Shown here in pieces: positions 36,084-44,296 of a stretch of DNA of 50,477 nucleotides. The stretch is from positions 1-50,477 of the IMG/VR virus record IMGVR_UViG_3300020166_000003; one strand, 5' to 3'. The DNA is from a virus (Duplodnaviria; Caudoviricetes). The position numbers and the translations under genes are program-made. The notes under the pieces were generated by a model. The model saw nothing but the letters and a program-made list of their open reading frames with translations, made no database searches and was not told where the DNA came from. Position 1 is the first letter of the stretch, and each line of letters starts with the position of its first letter.

Positions 36084-36527
36084 ATGGCTACAAAGAAACA
36101 AATACTAGCAGTAATGGGTGAGCAGTATGCAGAAAAAGCTAACGAGCCAGCAAGCACTGGACAGTTGTTTAAACTTGGCGACATGTACGGTCAAGTATGG
36201 TTGGCTGATGCAGACAAGGACTTGAAAGCCTTTAGGTATCAAGCACGTAAAACCTTCGGCTCTATCATCTGCAAAGTAAACGGCGCGGCGACTAAGCCTT
36301 TGACACAGTACGATGTAGCTAAGGCTGTCGAGGACTTTGAAGCTGGCAAACTCAAGATGCGTAAGGAGTACTTAGACTTGTGTATAATAGACGTTAACGC
36401 TTTGGAAGTTCGTAAGCCTAAGACAAGCCGCAAGGTGAGCAAGCCTAGTAGCGATGTCGAGGCTCTTACTGCGATGATCGAAGCACAACAGGCTCAGATT
36501 GCTGAGTTGATTGCCGCTAACAGTTAG
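36084..36527 (+). CDS. Early protein, paralog of 33708-34295 without the long repeat
   Basis: Shared PASTxQL, GQVWL, FxYQARKxFGxIxCK, IEAQQAQIAxL blocks. Confidence 0.85.
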   Translation: MATKKQILAVMGEQYAEKANEPASTGQLFKLGDMYGQVWLADADKDLKAFRYQARKTFGSIICKVNGAATKPLTQYDVAKAVEDFEAGKLKMRKEYLDLCIIDVNALEVRKPKTSRKVSKPSSDVEALTAMIEAQQAQIAELIAANS

Positions 36528-36534
36528 TAAATCC

Positions 36535-36568
36535 TAGGGGGCTGGCGAGGACTAGCCCCCTACAGTTT
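36535..36568 (+). terminator. Hairpin/terminator after 36527
   Basis: TAGGGGGCTGG-6 nt-CTAGCCCCCTA then CAGTTT. Confidence 0.6.
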
Positions 36569-36588
36569 AATAATTTTGGAGAAACGCA

Positions 36589-37080
36589 ATGTTAAGCACA
36601 GTACAGAAACATGAGCTGAAGGTATTACTCAGCCAAATAAAAGAGTTAGGAGATGAGTGGGATTTACACTATAAGTATCTTAGCAACTTAACTGACAGTA
36701 ACCTATATGTATCTTCGACATCTTCGTGTACTAACGTAGACGAAATGTTTACATGGTCTGATACTCCTCAGGGGCATGACTTTTGGTCGCCTCTTAACTC
36801 TGCCCATAAGGAGGAATACGGCAATGAGATATATGCTTATGCAAAAAAAGCCGATGATGCCAAATACATGGTGGATCACTATAGTCTTATTGCTAGGGTA
36901 CACGTTTTAGATAAGGAGGCGGCAAGCTATATGATTAAGGAAGCGCCTAAACTTGAGGGCTTTAAGCCTTCTAACCGTTTACGCTATTGCTTTGAGTATA
37001 ATTCAACACCTCAAGGCTGTGAGTATTGGACAGACATAGCCCTAAAACTCCGCGCCCTACCACACAACGCACTCTATTAA
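36589..37080 (+). CDS. Hypothetical protein with internal duplication
   Basis: GGAG RBS; FTWSDTPQGHDFW and FEYNSTPQGCEYW. Confidence 0.8.
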   Translation: MLSTVQKHELKVLLSQIKELGDEWDLHYKYLSNLTDSNLYVSSTSSCTNVDEMFTWSDTPQGHDFWSPLNSAHKEEYGNEIYAYAKKADDAKYMVDHYSLIARVHVLDKEAASYMIKEAPKLEGFKPSNRLRYCFEYNSTPQGCEYWTDIALKLRALPHNALY

Positions 37081-37101
37081 AAACATTGTGCCGAATTGTT
37101 G

Positions 37102-37130
37102 TTGACAGTGGACTGACTGCCATGTACAAT
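37102..37130 (+). promoter_or_regulatory. Sigma70-type promoter of the Ubl operon
   Basis: TTGACA (37102-07), 17 nt, TACAAT (37125-30). Confidence 0.8.
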
Positions 37131-37240
37131 GCACCACATCGAGACACCGACATTTACTTTACTTATTAAATGTCACGACAGAACACTGGGATTTGCCCTT
37201 TGTATTTTACTTTTAATTTTAATTTAACGGAGCTTTATAT

Positions 37241-37462
37241 ATGTATACTATCGTAATCGCAGACATCGCCAATTCTTCTAGTGACGACCTTAAGCAAGTC
37301 CAAGTTGAGTCAGGTTCTACAGTAGGGCAAGCACTTGCTCAAGCTGGTGTGACCTTATATCCTGGGCAGAAGGTAGCCTTGAACGGTGTAAATACTACAC
37401 TCGAAAGCCCTATCAATGTTACTGGCATGTTGTCTGTTACTGGCGAAGCTAAAGCAGCCTAG
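37241..37462 (+). CDS. Ubiquitin-like beta-grasp protein (ThiS/MoaD-like), C-terminus -GEAKAA
   Basis: 73 aa; VQVESGSTVGQALAQAG...KVALNG...L...I.....LSV beta-grasp pattern; GGAG RBS; E1/JAB neighbours. Confidence 0.8.
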   Translation: MYTIVIADIANSSSDDLKQVQVESGSTVGQALAQAGVTLYPGQKVALNGVNTTLESPINVTGMLSVTGEAKAA

Positions 37463-37497
37463 TAATTAACCCACAATAACTAAGAGAGGACTCTGGA

Positions 37498-38781
37498 ATG
37501 ACTTTTAAATTAGACGAATACATGAGTAGGTACTATGGTGTTACACCTAGCAGTGTTTACCAACATTCATTTGGGATTGCCCAACAAATAGTCAAGTTAG
37601 AGTCCCAACTTAGGGAGCTAGAGGGTAGAGAAGCTGTAGGTGTTTTGCTTATTAAGGAGCAGTACGCCGCGTATAAACTCCTACCCCTTAGTGACCCATT
37701 AAAATGGAGATGGAAAGAATGTGTGTCTAGGCTTATATCACAGTATAAGCTGGATGTAGACACATTAAGGGAACAAAGCCTTAGACTGCCCCAGCTCAAG
37801 GCTAAGTTAGCTATGGCTACCCCATCACCAGAAAACGAACCGAATTATATTAGTGCCGAGAAGTATGCAAAGGCGTTTGAACAGTTACCAGTATCACTAG
37901 CCCTTGAAGGGGTTTACATTAAACCTACCAAGCCTAATAGAGTTTGGTTGGTTATTACTATAGGCGACCATGTTATAAGACCTGCTAGTAATTTTTTAGA
38001 AGCCCTAGAGGAGGGGCGAGATTTTACAAAGAAAGGCTGGGATCTCACGACTATAGCGCAGTTTGCTCAACAAGGTATCCCTAGAAAGCCTATAACCTTT
38101 GCCATCAATGTGATCTTTAATGACCAAGACGACATGGCTACTGACGTAGAACTTGGAGTATTAACAGGGCATCCCACTAACATTAACTCTAATGAGGCTA
38201 TATTTTGGGACGGTGATAAAGTTTATGAGACTACCGAGATTGAAGAAGGGAGTGAGTATGTGTGTGGCGCCCCAAGCTGTGATGCTACTGTAGTATTCCA
38301 CCCACACATTAGGACTGAGCTATCCGAGTATGAAATATATAGTAGGAGGATGGCATGTTTAGGATCTTACATGACCCCGATGGCTAAAGCAATTAGGGAT
38401 AACAAGCCTACAGGACTTGGGCTATACCTTATAAATTATTTCCAAGAATTTGACCTTACAGATACATGGGGTAGGTTTGGACTTGCACGAATGTTCCGAC
38501 CTAGTGACTTGGAACCTGTAGTCGAGACACCTAAGGTAGAGGCTGTACAAGACTGGCGCCCTTCCTTTATATATCACCAAGACACTAAGATTCTAACCCT
38601 ACTCAACCAGCCCACAGAACAGCAAACGTATGAATTATACGGAAGCTATGGGGATGGTCTTATGTTTATTAGGGAGGGAAGCACCTCAGATAAGGAGGTA
38701 GACTTATCTGATACCGTATATACTTGGATATGGCTTAGAATTGTACCCCGCTATGGGAAAATAGTAACACTTAAACTTTAA
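37498..38781 (+). CDS. Prokaryotic E2-like (UBC-fold) conjugating enzyme with N- and C-terminal extensions
   Basis: FHPHI (H268,H270)...ACLG (C287) mirrors the E2 HPN...CL active site; gene context. Confidence 0.65.
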   Translation: MTFKLDEYMSRYYGVTPSSVYQHSFGIAQQIVKLESQLRELEGREAVGVLLIKEQYAAYKLLPLSDPLKWRWKECVSRLISQYKLDVDTLREQSLRLPQLKAKLAMATPSPENEPNYISAEKYAKAFEQLPVSLALEGVYIKPTKPNRVWLVITIGDHVIRPASNFLEALEEGRDFTKKGWDLTTIAQFAQQGIPRKPITFAINVIFNDQDDMATDVELGVLTGHPTNINSNEAIFWDGDKVYETTEIEEGSEYVCGAPSCDATVVFHPHIRTELSEYEIYSRRMACLGSYMTPMAKAIRDNKPTGLGLYLINYFQEFDLTDTWGRFGLARMFRPSDLEPVVETPKVEAVQDWRPSFIYHQDTKILTLLNQPTEQQTYELYGSYGDGLMFIREGSTSDKEVDLSDTVYTWIWLRIVPRYGKIVTLKL

Positions 38782-38793
38782 CAGAGGATAACC

Positions 38794-39513
38794 ATGACAG
38801 ACTTACATTCTTTATCAGGCTTAAGGTCTTTAGAAATTATAGACTTTGAGAAATACGAACATATACCTATTCATATTGTAGGGCTTGGGGCAGTAGGCTC
38901 TAAAGCCTTTGAGCAATTAGTATGCTTAGGGGCAAGGCACTTAGTATTGCATGACTTTGATACTGTCGAGCATCATAATACTCACAATCAACTCTTTGGA
39001 GTGGGACATGTGGGCATGACTAAAGTGGACGCTTGTTTAGATTGGGTCAAGTATAAGTATGGCGACCAGTATGTAGGTAAAATTGAAACCTTTAACCACA
39101 AAGTTACTGAGGACACTGAGTTAGTTGGTGCGGTATTGATGTGTGTTGATACCTTTGATGGCAGGAGAGCAGTAATACAAGCTTCTATAGCCTCTCAAGG
39201 TGTTGGGATAGTGGTCGAGGGGCGGTGCGCTCCTAAGTTCTTTGAAGTACGGACTATCAATCCTTTCAATACTGAGCAAGTCGAAGGGTTCTTAGGTTCT
39301 TTAGGAGACGATAGCACTCCCGATACTCATGTATCTATTTGTGGTGCGCCTATCTCCTTTTCTCCTGTCATGTCAGCTTGTGGCATAATCATGGTGGGGC
39401 AGTTAATTAGCGCACTAAAAAATGGAGGGGTAGCCCCATCACAAGAACACTTAAACATTTTTATGCAGCCATTACTAATGGTTGGCGGTCAATCTTTAAC
39501 AGGAGAAGTATAA
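38794..39513 (+). CDS. E1-like ThiF/MoeB-family adenylyltransferase
   Basis: IVGLGAVGS, LHDFDTVEHHNTHNQ, GMTKV, CVDTFDGRR; candidate catalytic Cys183 (VSICG). Confidence 0.92.
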   Translation: MTDLHSLSGLRSLEIIDFEKYEHIPIHIVGLGAVGSKAFEQLVCLGARHLVLHDFDTVEHHNTHNQLFGVGHVGMTKVDACLDWVKYKYGDQYVGKIETFNHKVTEDTELVGAVLMCVDTFDGRRAVIQASIASQGVGIVVEGRCAPKFFEVRTINPFNTEQVEGFLGSLGDDSTPDTHVSICGAPISFSPVMSACGIIMVGQLISALKNGGVAPSQEHLNIFMQPLLMVGGQSLTGEV

Positions 39514-40430
39514 TGGGAACACCTAAGGCAGAAGCACTACCAATTAAAGACGCAATCATACCTGACGTATGGTTCTCTACGTTAGCATGGGCTAAGATAC
39601 AAGACTTAATAACCTCACCACATAAAAAATCTAACGAGATTACTTGGTACGGTGACATTGAAAAGACTGATGTGGGAGACTTATACATTAACGATGTCTT
39701 TGTGCCAACCCAAGAAGTTACAAGGGTGTCAACGTCTATCGAAGATTTTAATGTAATTGTACCTGAGGCAGTAGAAGCGGGGCTTAACCCTATGAAACTT
39801 AAGGCTTGGTTTCATCTACATCCTAACGGCATGTCCACTAGCCCTAGCAGTGTTGATGTGGAACAAACTGATGAATACCTAAAGACTTGGAGCTATATCC
39901 TTAGAGGTATCATAAACAACGAGGGTGAGTTTCAATTAGATTACTTTGATAAGGATGCGGGGTTACAGTATAGTAATCTTAGACACTTCATTGACTTTAG
40001 TGATGTGTTAGACAGCGAAGAATTTGAAAAGGTTATAAAAGAACGTGTCACCATCAAAACTCCCGTCTCTCTTGCTAAGAAAGCAGGCTCTACCTACAAC
40101 ACTTACAGCTATGATTACGCTCAAGACAGTAGAGGCAACCAAGACACTGTATATGTAGGGCTACTGGATACTAGGGCTGCCCATGTAGATATATTAGATG
40201 CTTTTGTAGAGGGCGACAGTACTCTAGTAGAGACGGCAACCCACGTTACTACAATGTCCCTTGCAGAAGCTATTGAAAACGGGAGGCTCAAGACTACACC
40301 TTCTACTTGGGAGGCTTTCAAACGTAAGATAGCTATGACTCCTGAATTTTTTGATGTCATGTTCCCAAGTGTTTCTGAGCAAATGAATAAGAGGATTAAA
40401 AATGATAAGACTAAACGCAGTAGTAAGTAA
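39513..40430 (+). CDS. JAB/MPN+ (JAMM) metallopeptidase
   Basis: E42 ... WFH101-L-H103-PNGMSTSP-S112-SV-D115; TAATG coupling to E1. Confidence 0.88.
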   Translation: MGTPKAEALPIKDAIIPDVWFSTLAWAKIQDLITSPHKKSNEITWYGDIEKTDVGDLYINDVFVPTQEVTRVSTSIEDFNVIVPEAVEAGLNPMKLKAWFHLHPNGMSTSPSSVDVEQTDEYLKTWSYILRGIINNEGEFQLDYFDKDAGLQYSNLRHFIDFSDVLDSEEFEKVIKERVTIKTPVSLAKKAGSTYNTYSYDYAQDSRGNQDTVYVGLLDTRAAHVDILDAFVEGDSTLVETATHVTTMSLAEAIENGRLKTTPSTWEAFKRKIAMTPEFFDVMFPSVSEQMNKRIKNDKTKRSSK

Positions 40431-40764
40431 AATCTATGGTGATGGTAGTCGTATCAGGGCTATAGTCTTGAATACTGCAAGTAGGGACACCATGACAGTT
40501 AAGACTGAAGATAATTGTATTCTCGTATGGAGGAGGAGCGATACCGAGTATGTAGGTACACTAGATCCAGAAACTAGGGTACGTGTTAAGAATATGTACG
40601 AGCCTAACTATAAAGTAAGAAGGCTTATAACTATAGTGCCTAGCAGGATGTATAGTGGTAAGCTTTGTATGACTAGAAGCCCTAAGGGTGAGATAGAAAC
40701 TTTCTCGTACATGAATTTCTTTAAGGGCATTAAGGCTCTGGAGGACAGCGATGGACAATCCTAA
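40402..40764 (+). CDS. Hypothetical protein
   Basis: GAGGA RBS; overlaps JAB 3' end. Confidence 0.7.
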   Translation: MIRLNAVVSKIYGDGSRIRAIVLNTASRDTMTVKTEDNCILVWRRSDTEYVGTLDPETRVRVKNMYEPNYKVRRLITIVPSRMYSGKLCMTRSPKGEIETFSYMNFFKGIKALEDSDGQS

Positions 40765-41086
40765 ATATATTCAAGCCCTTAAAGAGGGCAAGGTTCCTAT
40801 GGACTACCTACCCTATACTTGTTTTGCTGAGGACTCATTGTGTCATAAGCATGGGGCAGATAAGTATGGCATCAGGAACTATAGGATCAGTAAAATATTA
40901 GCCAGTACATACGAAGGGGCTATCATGCGACACTTTGTAGCTTGGGCTAATGGTGAGGACTTAGACCCTGACAGTGGGCTTAGTCACTTGACACACTTGA
41001 GGGCTTGCTGTGCTGTAGTCTTAGACTCGCAGAAGCATGGAACTTTCTTAGACGATAGGCTTAGAGCCGAGGAGAAAAAGGTATGA
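40751..41086 (+). CDS. dATP/dGTP diphosphohydrolase-like protein (DUF5664-type)
   Basis: HGADKYGIRNY...YEGAIMRH..AW..GEDLDPDSGLSHL.H..AC motif. Confidence 0.8.
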   Translation: MDNPKYIQALKEGKVPMDYLPYTCFAEDSLCHKHGADKYGIRNYRISKILASTYEGAIMRHFVAWANGEDLDPDSGLSHLTHLRACCAVVLDSQKHGTFLDDRLRAEEKKV

Positions 41087-41580
41087 GCGTATACTTTACA
41101 AGTGATTTACACTTAGGACATTTAATGGCTTCAGACAAACGAGGCTTTAACGACATTAGAGTACACGATGAAACTGTCTTAGCTTCTATTGAAGTTATTG
41201 ACGATAAGAGAATGGTGCTGTATATTCTAGGCGATGTTGCCATGAACCCAGCAATGCTATCGAGACTCAAAGACTTTAAGTGCCGCAAGATATTAGTGCG
41301 TGGCAACCACGATGTCTATAAACTTTCTGAATACTTGGAGGTCTTTGAGGAGATACACGGGTTCGTTAAGTACAAGGGTATGTGGCTGAGTCATTGCCCT
41401 ATCCACCCGCAAGAAATGTTCAGGGCTGAGGTTAATGTGCATGGTCACATACATAAGGATGCCATGACTAAGCCTCTAGGATTCCCTTACATCAATGTAA
41501 ATTGGGACTTCTGGCATAGACCAATAAGTCTTGACGAGGTTAAGGTGTTAATAGAATCACGATCAGATGGGTTAGTGTGA
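41083..41580 (+). CDS. Calcineurin-like metallophosphoesterase
   Basis: SDLHLGH, LGD, GNHD, SH, HGHIH motifs. Confidence 0.9.
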   Translation: MSVYFTSDLHLGHLMASDKRGFNDIRVHDETVLASIEVIDDKRMVLYILGDVAMNPAMLSRLKDFKCRKILVRGNHDVYKLSEYLEVFEEIHGFVKYKGMWLSHCPIHPQEMFRAEVNVHGHIHKDAMTKPLGFPYINVNWDFWHRPISLDEVKVLIESRSDGLV

Positions 41581-41632
41581 TGTACGACTACAACCACACG
41601 ATTAAAACTAAACGTATCAATGGAGTAATACA

Positions 41633-41863
41633 ATGAATTACAAAAACATTCCAGGACAAATAATACAGATTGATTCTGACGAGCAATTTCAGCTGTTCCC
41701 CTTGCCGCTATCAAGACGCGACCAGCTTGCGGGTATGGCTATGCAAGGATTGCTGGCTGGAAATTTTTATAGTAAAGACCCAGAATTAGTAGCCGAAGTA
41801 GCCTGTGACCGCGCAGACGCACTAATTGCAGAGCTAGACAAAGACCACAAAGTCGCTATGTGA
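41633..41863 (+). CDS. Hypothetical phage protein
   Basis: GGAG RBS; LSRRDQLAGMAMQGLLA...ADALIAEL pattern common in small phage proteins. Confidence 0.75.
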   Translation: MNYKNIPGQIIQIDSDEQFQLFPLPLSRRDQLAGMAMQGLLAGNFYSKDPELVAEVACDRADALIAELDKDHKVAM

Positions 41864-41938
41864 GCTATACAGGATGCAGAGGATGAACAACGCTGAGAAG
41901 ATAAAAGAATGTTAAGTAATATTTGTGTTGAAATACAC

Positions 41939-41967
41939 TTGACATCTACCGAGGGGTGTGGCATAAT
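41939..41967 (+). promoter_or_regulatory. Sigma70-type promoter of the replication operon
   Basis: TTGACA (41939-44), 17 nt, CATAAT (41962-67) with extended TG. Confidence 0.8.
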
Positions 41968-42012
41968 GCCCATCCCAAACAACAACAACCATTGGAGAAT
42001 AATAAAAATAAC

Positions 42013-42429
42013 ATGCCAATTATAGAAGGAAAAGCTTACTGGGCTAACATCACAGTACCTAATACTACCTATGAACCTTGCTACACTATCGACCTAGTAG
42101 TAGACGAAGAGAACGCCGCTAAGTTTAAAGCGGAAGGCTACAACGTCAAGGATAAAGATAATGGGCCGACGCTAACTATTAAGCGTAAAGTCCTGAAGAA
42201 GGATGGTAGTAAACGACCTGTCCCTAAACTCATGGATGCTAAGAAACAACCCTTAGATGAATCTGTAGGTAACGGATCTTATGTCCGAGTACAATATAGA
42301 CCGTGGGAAATGGGAGAGTATAAGGGTTTAGAACTTCAAGCCGTTCAAGTCATTGACCTAGTAATCTTTGGCGGCGCAGATGGCGAGGAGTTTGAAGCTA
42401 TAGATGATTACGAAGATGGAGAACTGTAA
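42013..42429 (+). CDS. ssb: Single-stranded DNA-binding protein, T7 gp2.5-like (start revised to MPIIEG)
   Basis: GKAYWA, VGNGSYVRV, LQAVQVIDLV motifs and acidic C-terminal tail. Confidence 0.8.
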   Translation: MPIIEGKAYWANITVPNTTYEPCYTIDLVVDEENAAKFKAEGYNVKDKDNGPTLTIKRKVLKKDGSKRPVPKLMDAKKQPLDESVGNGSYVRVQYRPWEMGEYKGLELQAVQVIDLVIFGGADGEEFEAIDDYEDGEL

Positions 42430-42627
42430 ATGATTATTAGTATATACGGCAAGGAGTACGACCTTACTGAGGCTCCTGATGAACTCAAACAGACAGTCAA
42501 TACTATTGCGATTTTAGAACGCAAGCATACTGAAGCTGTGTCTGAGCTTTCAATTCTTCAAGCGGCAGCTAAGTCTCTCAACGAGAAGATGAAGTCTGAG
42601 TTGAGCGAAGATTATCTAGTAACCTAA
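42430..42627 (+). CDS. Small coiled-coil hypothetical protein
   Basis: Coupled ORF with GGAG RBS. Confidence 0.7.
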   Translation: MIISIYGKEYDLTEAPDELKQTVNTIAILERKHTEAVSELSILQAAAKSLNEKMKSELSEDYLVT

Positions 42628-42643
42628 AAGGGATGGCGGAACA

Positions 42644-44296
42644 ATGAATAACGAAGACAATAAATTTATAGAATATCACTTACCCTGTCCTGATGCTGAG
42701 ACATGCGGAAGTTCAGACGGTGCTTCTAAGAACGCTGACGGTTCATTGTTCTGCTTTGCCTGCAATAAGTTCTTCCCTAGTAAGGGAGGCACAGTAGTAG
42801 CATTAAAGAAAGAAGCAGTAACGAAACCAGTACTACATGACGACTTCGGTTACAGTCCTCTAACGGACAGAAGAATTAACGTAGGAACCGCAAAGAAGTA
42901 TGGGGTACTGGTAACGTCACTGTCAACAGGAGAGGTAACGCAACATGCTTACCCCTACTTGAGTAAAGATACAGGCGACACTAACTATAAGATAAGGAAT
43001 GTCAAGGCTAAAGGGTTCACTTGGGCTGGTTCGCCTAAAGGTACTACGCTCTTTGGACAGCACTTGTTTAGGGCTGGAGGTAAGTTTATAACTCTAGTCG
43101 AGGGAGAGTGTGATGCTCTAGCGGCTTACCAGTTACTAGGATCTAAGTGGGCTGTAGTTTCTATCAAGAATGGTGCGGCTGGTGCAGTTAGGGATGTTAA
43201 AGAGAACTTAGAATACCTAGAAAGTTTTGACAATGTTGTAATCAATTTTGATTCAGACGAGGCGGGACAAGCGGCGGCGCAAGCTGTAGCCCAACTGCTC
43301 ACACCTAGTAAGGCTAAGATTATGTCGATGCCTACAGGATTCAAAGATGCGAACGACATGCTCAAGGCTAACAAGATTACCGATTACGTTAGTCATTGGT
43401 GGGATGCTAAGGTTTATAGACCTGATGGTGTACTAAACGCCTCAGAAGAACTAACGAATTATTTAGAATACGAACGGAAGCCCTGTATACCTTATCCGTG
43501 GGATGGCTTGAACGCTAAGCTAGAGGGCATAAGACTTGGAGAACTGACCACCATTACAGGCGGCACAGGCTTAGGCAAGTCTACAGTAACCAGAGAGCTA
43601 ACCCATTGGCTATTGACTCAAGCTGATTCCCCTATAGGTGTCATGGCTTTAGAGGAGAACTGGCGTAGGACAGTCGATGGTCTATTGGGTATTGAAGCTA
43701 ATGTCTTGATGCACAAAGCAGAGATAAGAGAGGGCTACAGTAAGGAAGCTATAGCAGAAGTGTATGAAAGGATCATACTGCCTGACAAGCTATGGATTCA
43801 TAGCCATCACGGGGTGACAGATATTGAAAGTATCTTTAGTAAACTCCGATACCTTATTGTAGGGTGTGGCTGTAAGTACATAGTTCTTGACCACTTGCAC
43901 ATGCTAGTCTTAGCACATAAAGAAGTGGATGAAAGGTTAGGTATTGATAACATTATGGGGCGACTAAGCTCTTTGTGTGAGGAAACAAACACAAGTATAT
44001 TCTTAGTGTCGCACCTCAAGAGGGTAGAGGGCAACAGGGGACATGAAGATGGGGTGCAAACTTCGATCAGTCACCTTAGAGGTTCTCAGTCTATTGCTCA
44101 ACTCTCTCATAATGTTGTCTCGATAGAGCGCAACCAACAAGCGGAAGATCCTATCGAAGCCTCGACATCTTATCTAAGAGTTTTGAAGTCCAGAGAGACA
44201 GGTACTGTAGGCTTAGCCTGTGCCGTTATGTACGATAGCGTAACAGGAAGATTAAAAGAGACAGATATGAATGATGAATTTGCAGGAGAATTATAA
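42644..44296 (+). CDS. DNA primase-helicase (T7 gp4-like)
   Basis: N-terminal Zn ribbon (CP...C...CFAC), TOPRIM EGECDA and FDSD, Walker A GGTGLGKST, VLDHL, LRGSQSIAQ. Confidence 0.95.
   Translation: MNNEDNKFIEYHLPCPDAETCGSSDGASKNADGSLFCFACNKFFPSKGGTVVALKKEAVTKPVLHDDFGYSPLTDRRINVGTAKKYGVLVTSLSTGEVTQHAYPYLSKDTGDTNYKIRNVKAKGFTWAGSPKGTTLFGQHLFRAGGKFITLVEGECDALAAYQLLGSKWAVVSIKNGAAGAVRDVKENLEYLESFDNVVINFDSDEAGQAAAQAVAQLLTPSKAKIMSMPTGFKDANDMLKANKITDYVSHWWDAKVYRPDGVLNASEELTNYLEYERKPCIPYPWDGLNAKLEGIRLGELTTITGGTGLGKSTVTRELTHWLLTQADSPIGVMALEENWRRTVDGLLGIEANVLMHKAEIREGYSKEAIAEVYERIILPDKLWIHSHHGVTDIESIFSKLRYLIVGCGCKYIVLDHLHMLVLAHKEVDERLGIDNIMGRLSSLCEETNTSIFLVSHLKRVEGNRGHEDGVQTSISHLRGSQSIAQLSHNVVSIERNQQAEDPIEASTSYLRVLKSRETGTVGLACAVMYDSVTGRLKETDMNDEFAGEL

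Noticed and set aside
37241-39513. ThiS/ThiF thiamine or MoaD/MoeB auxiliary metabolic genes
   Set aside because: No ThiG, MoaE or sulfurtransferase; Ubl lacks GG; E2-like and JAB genes point to conjugation
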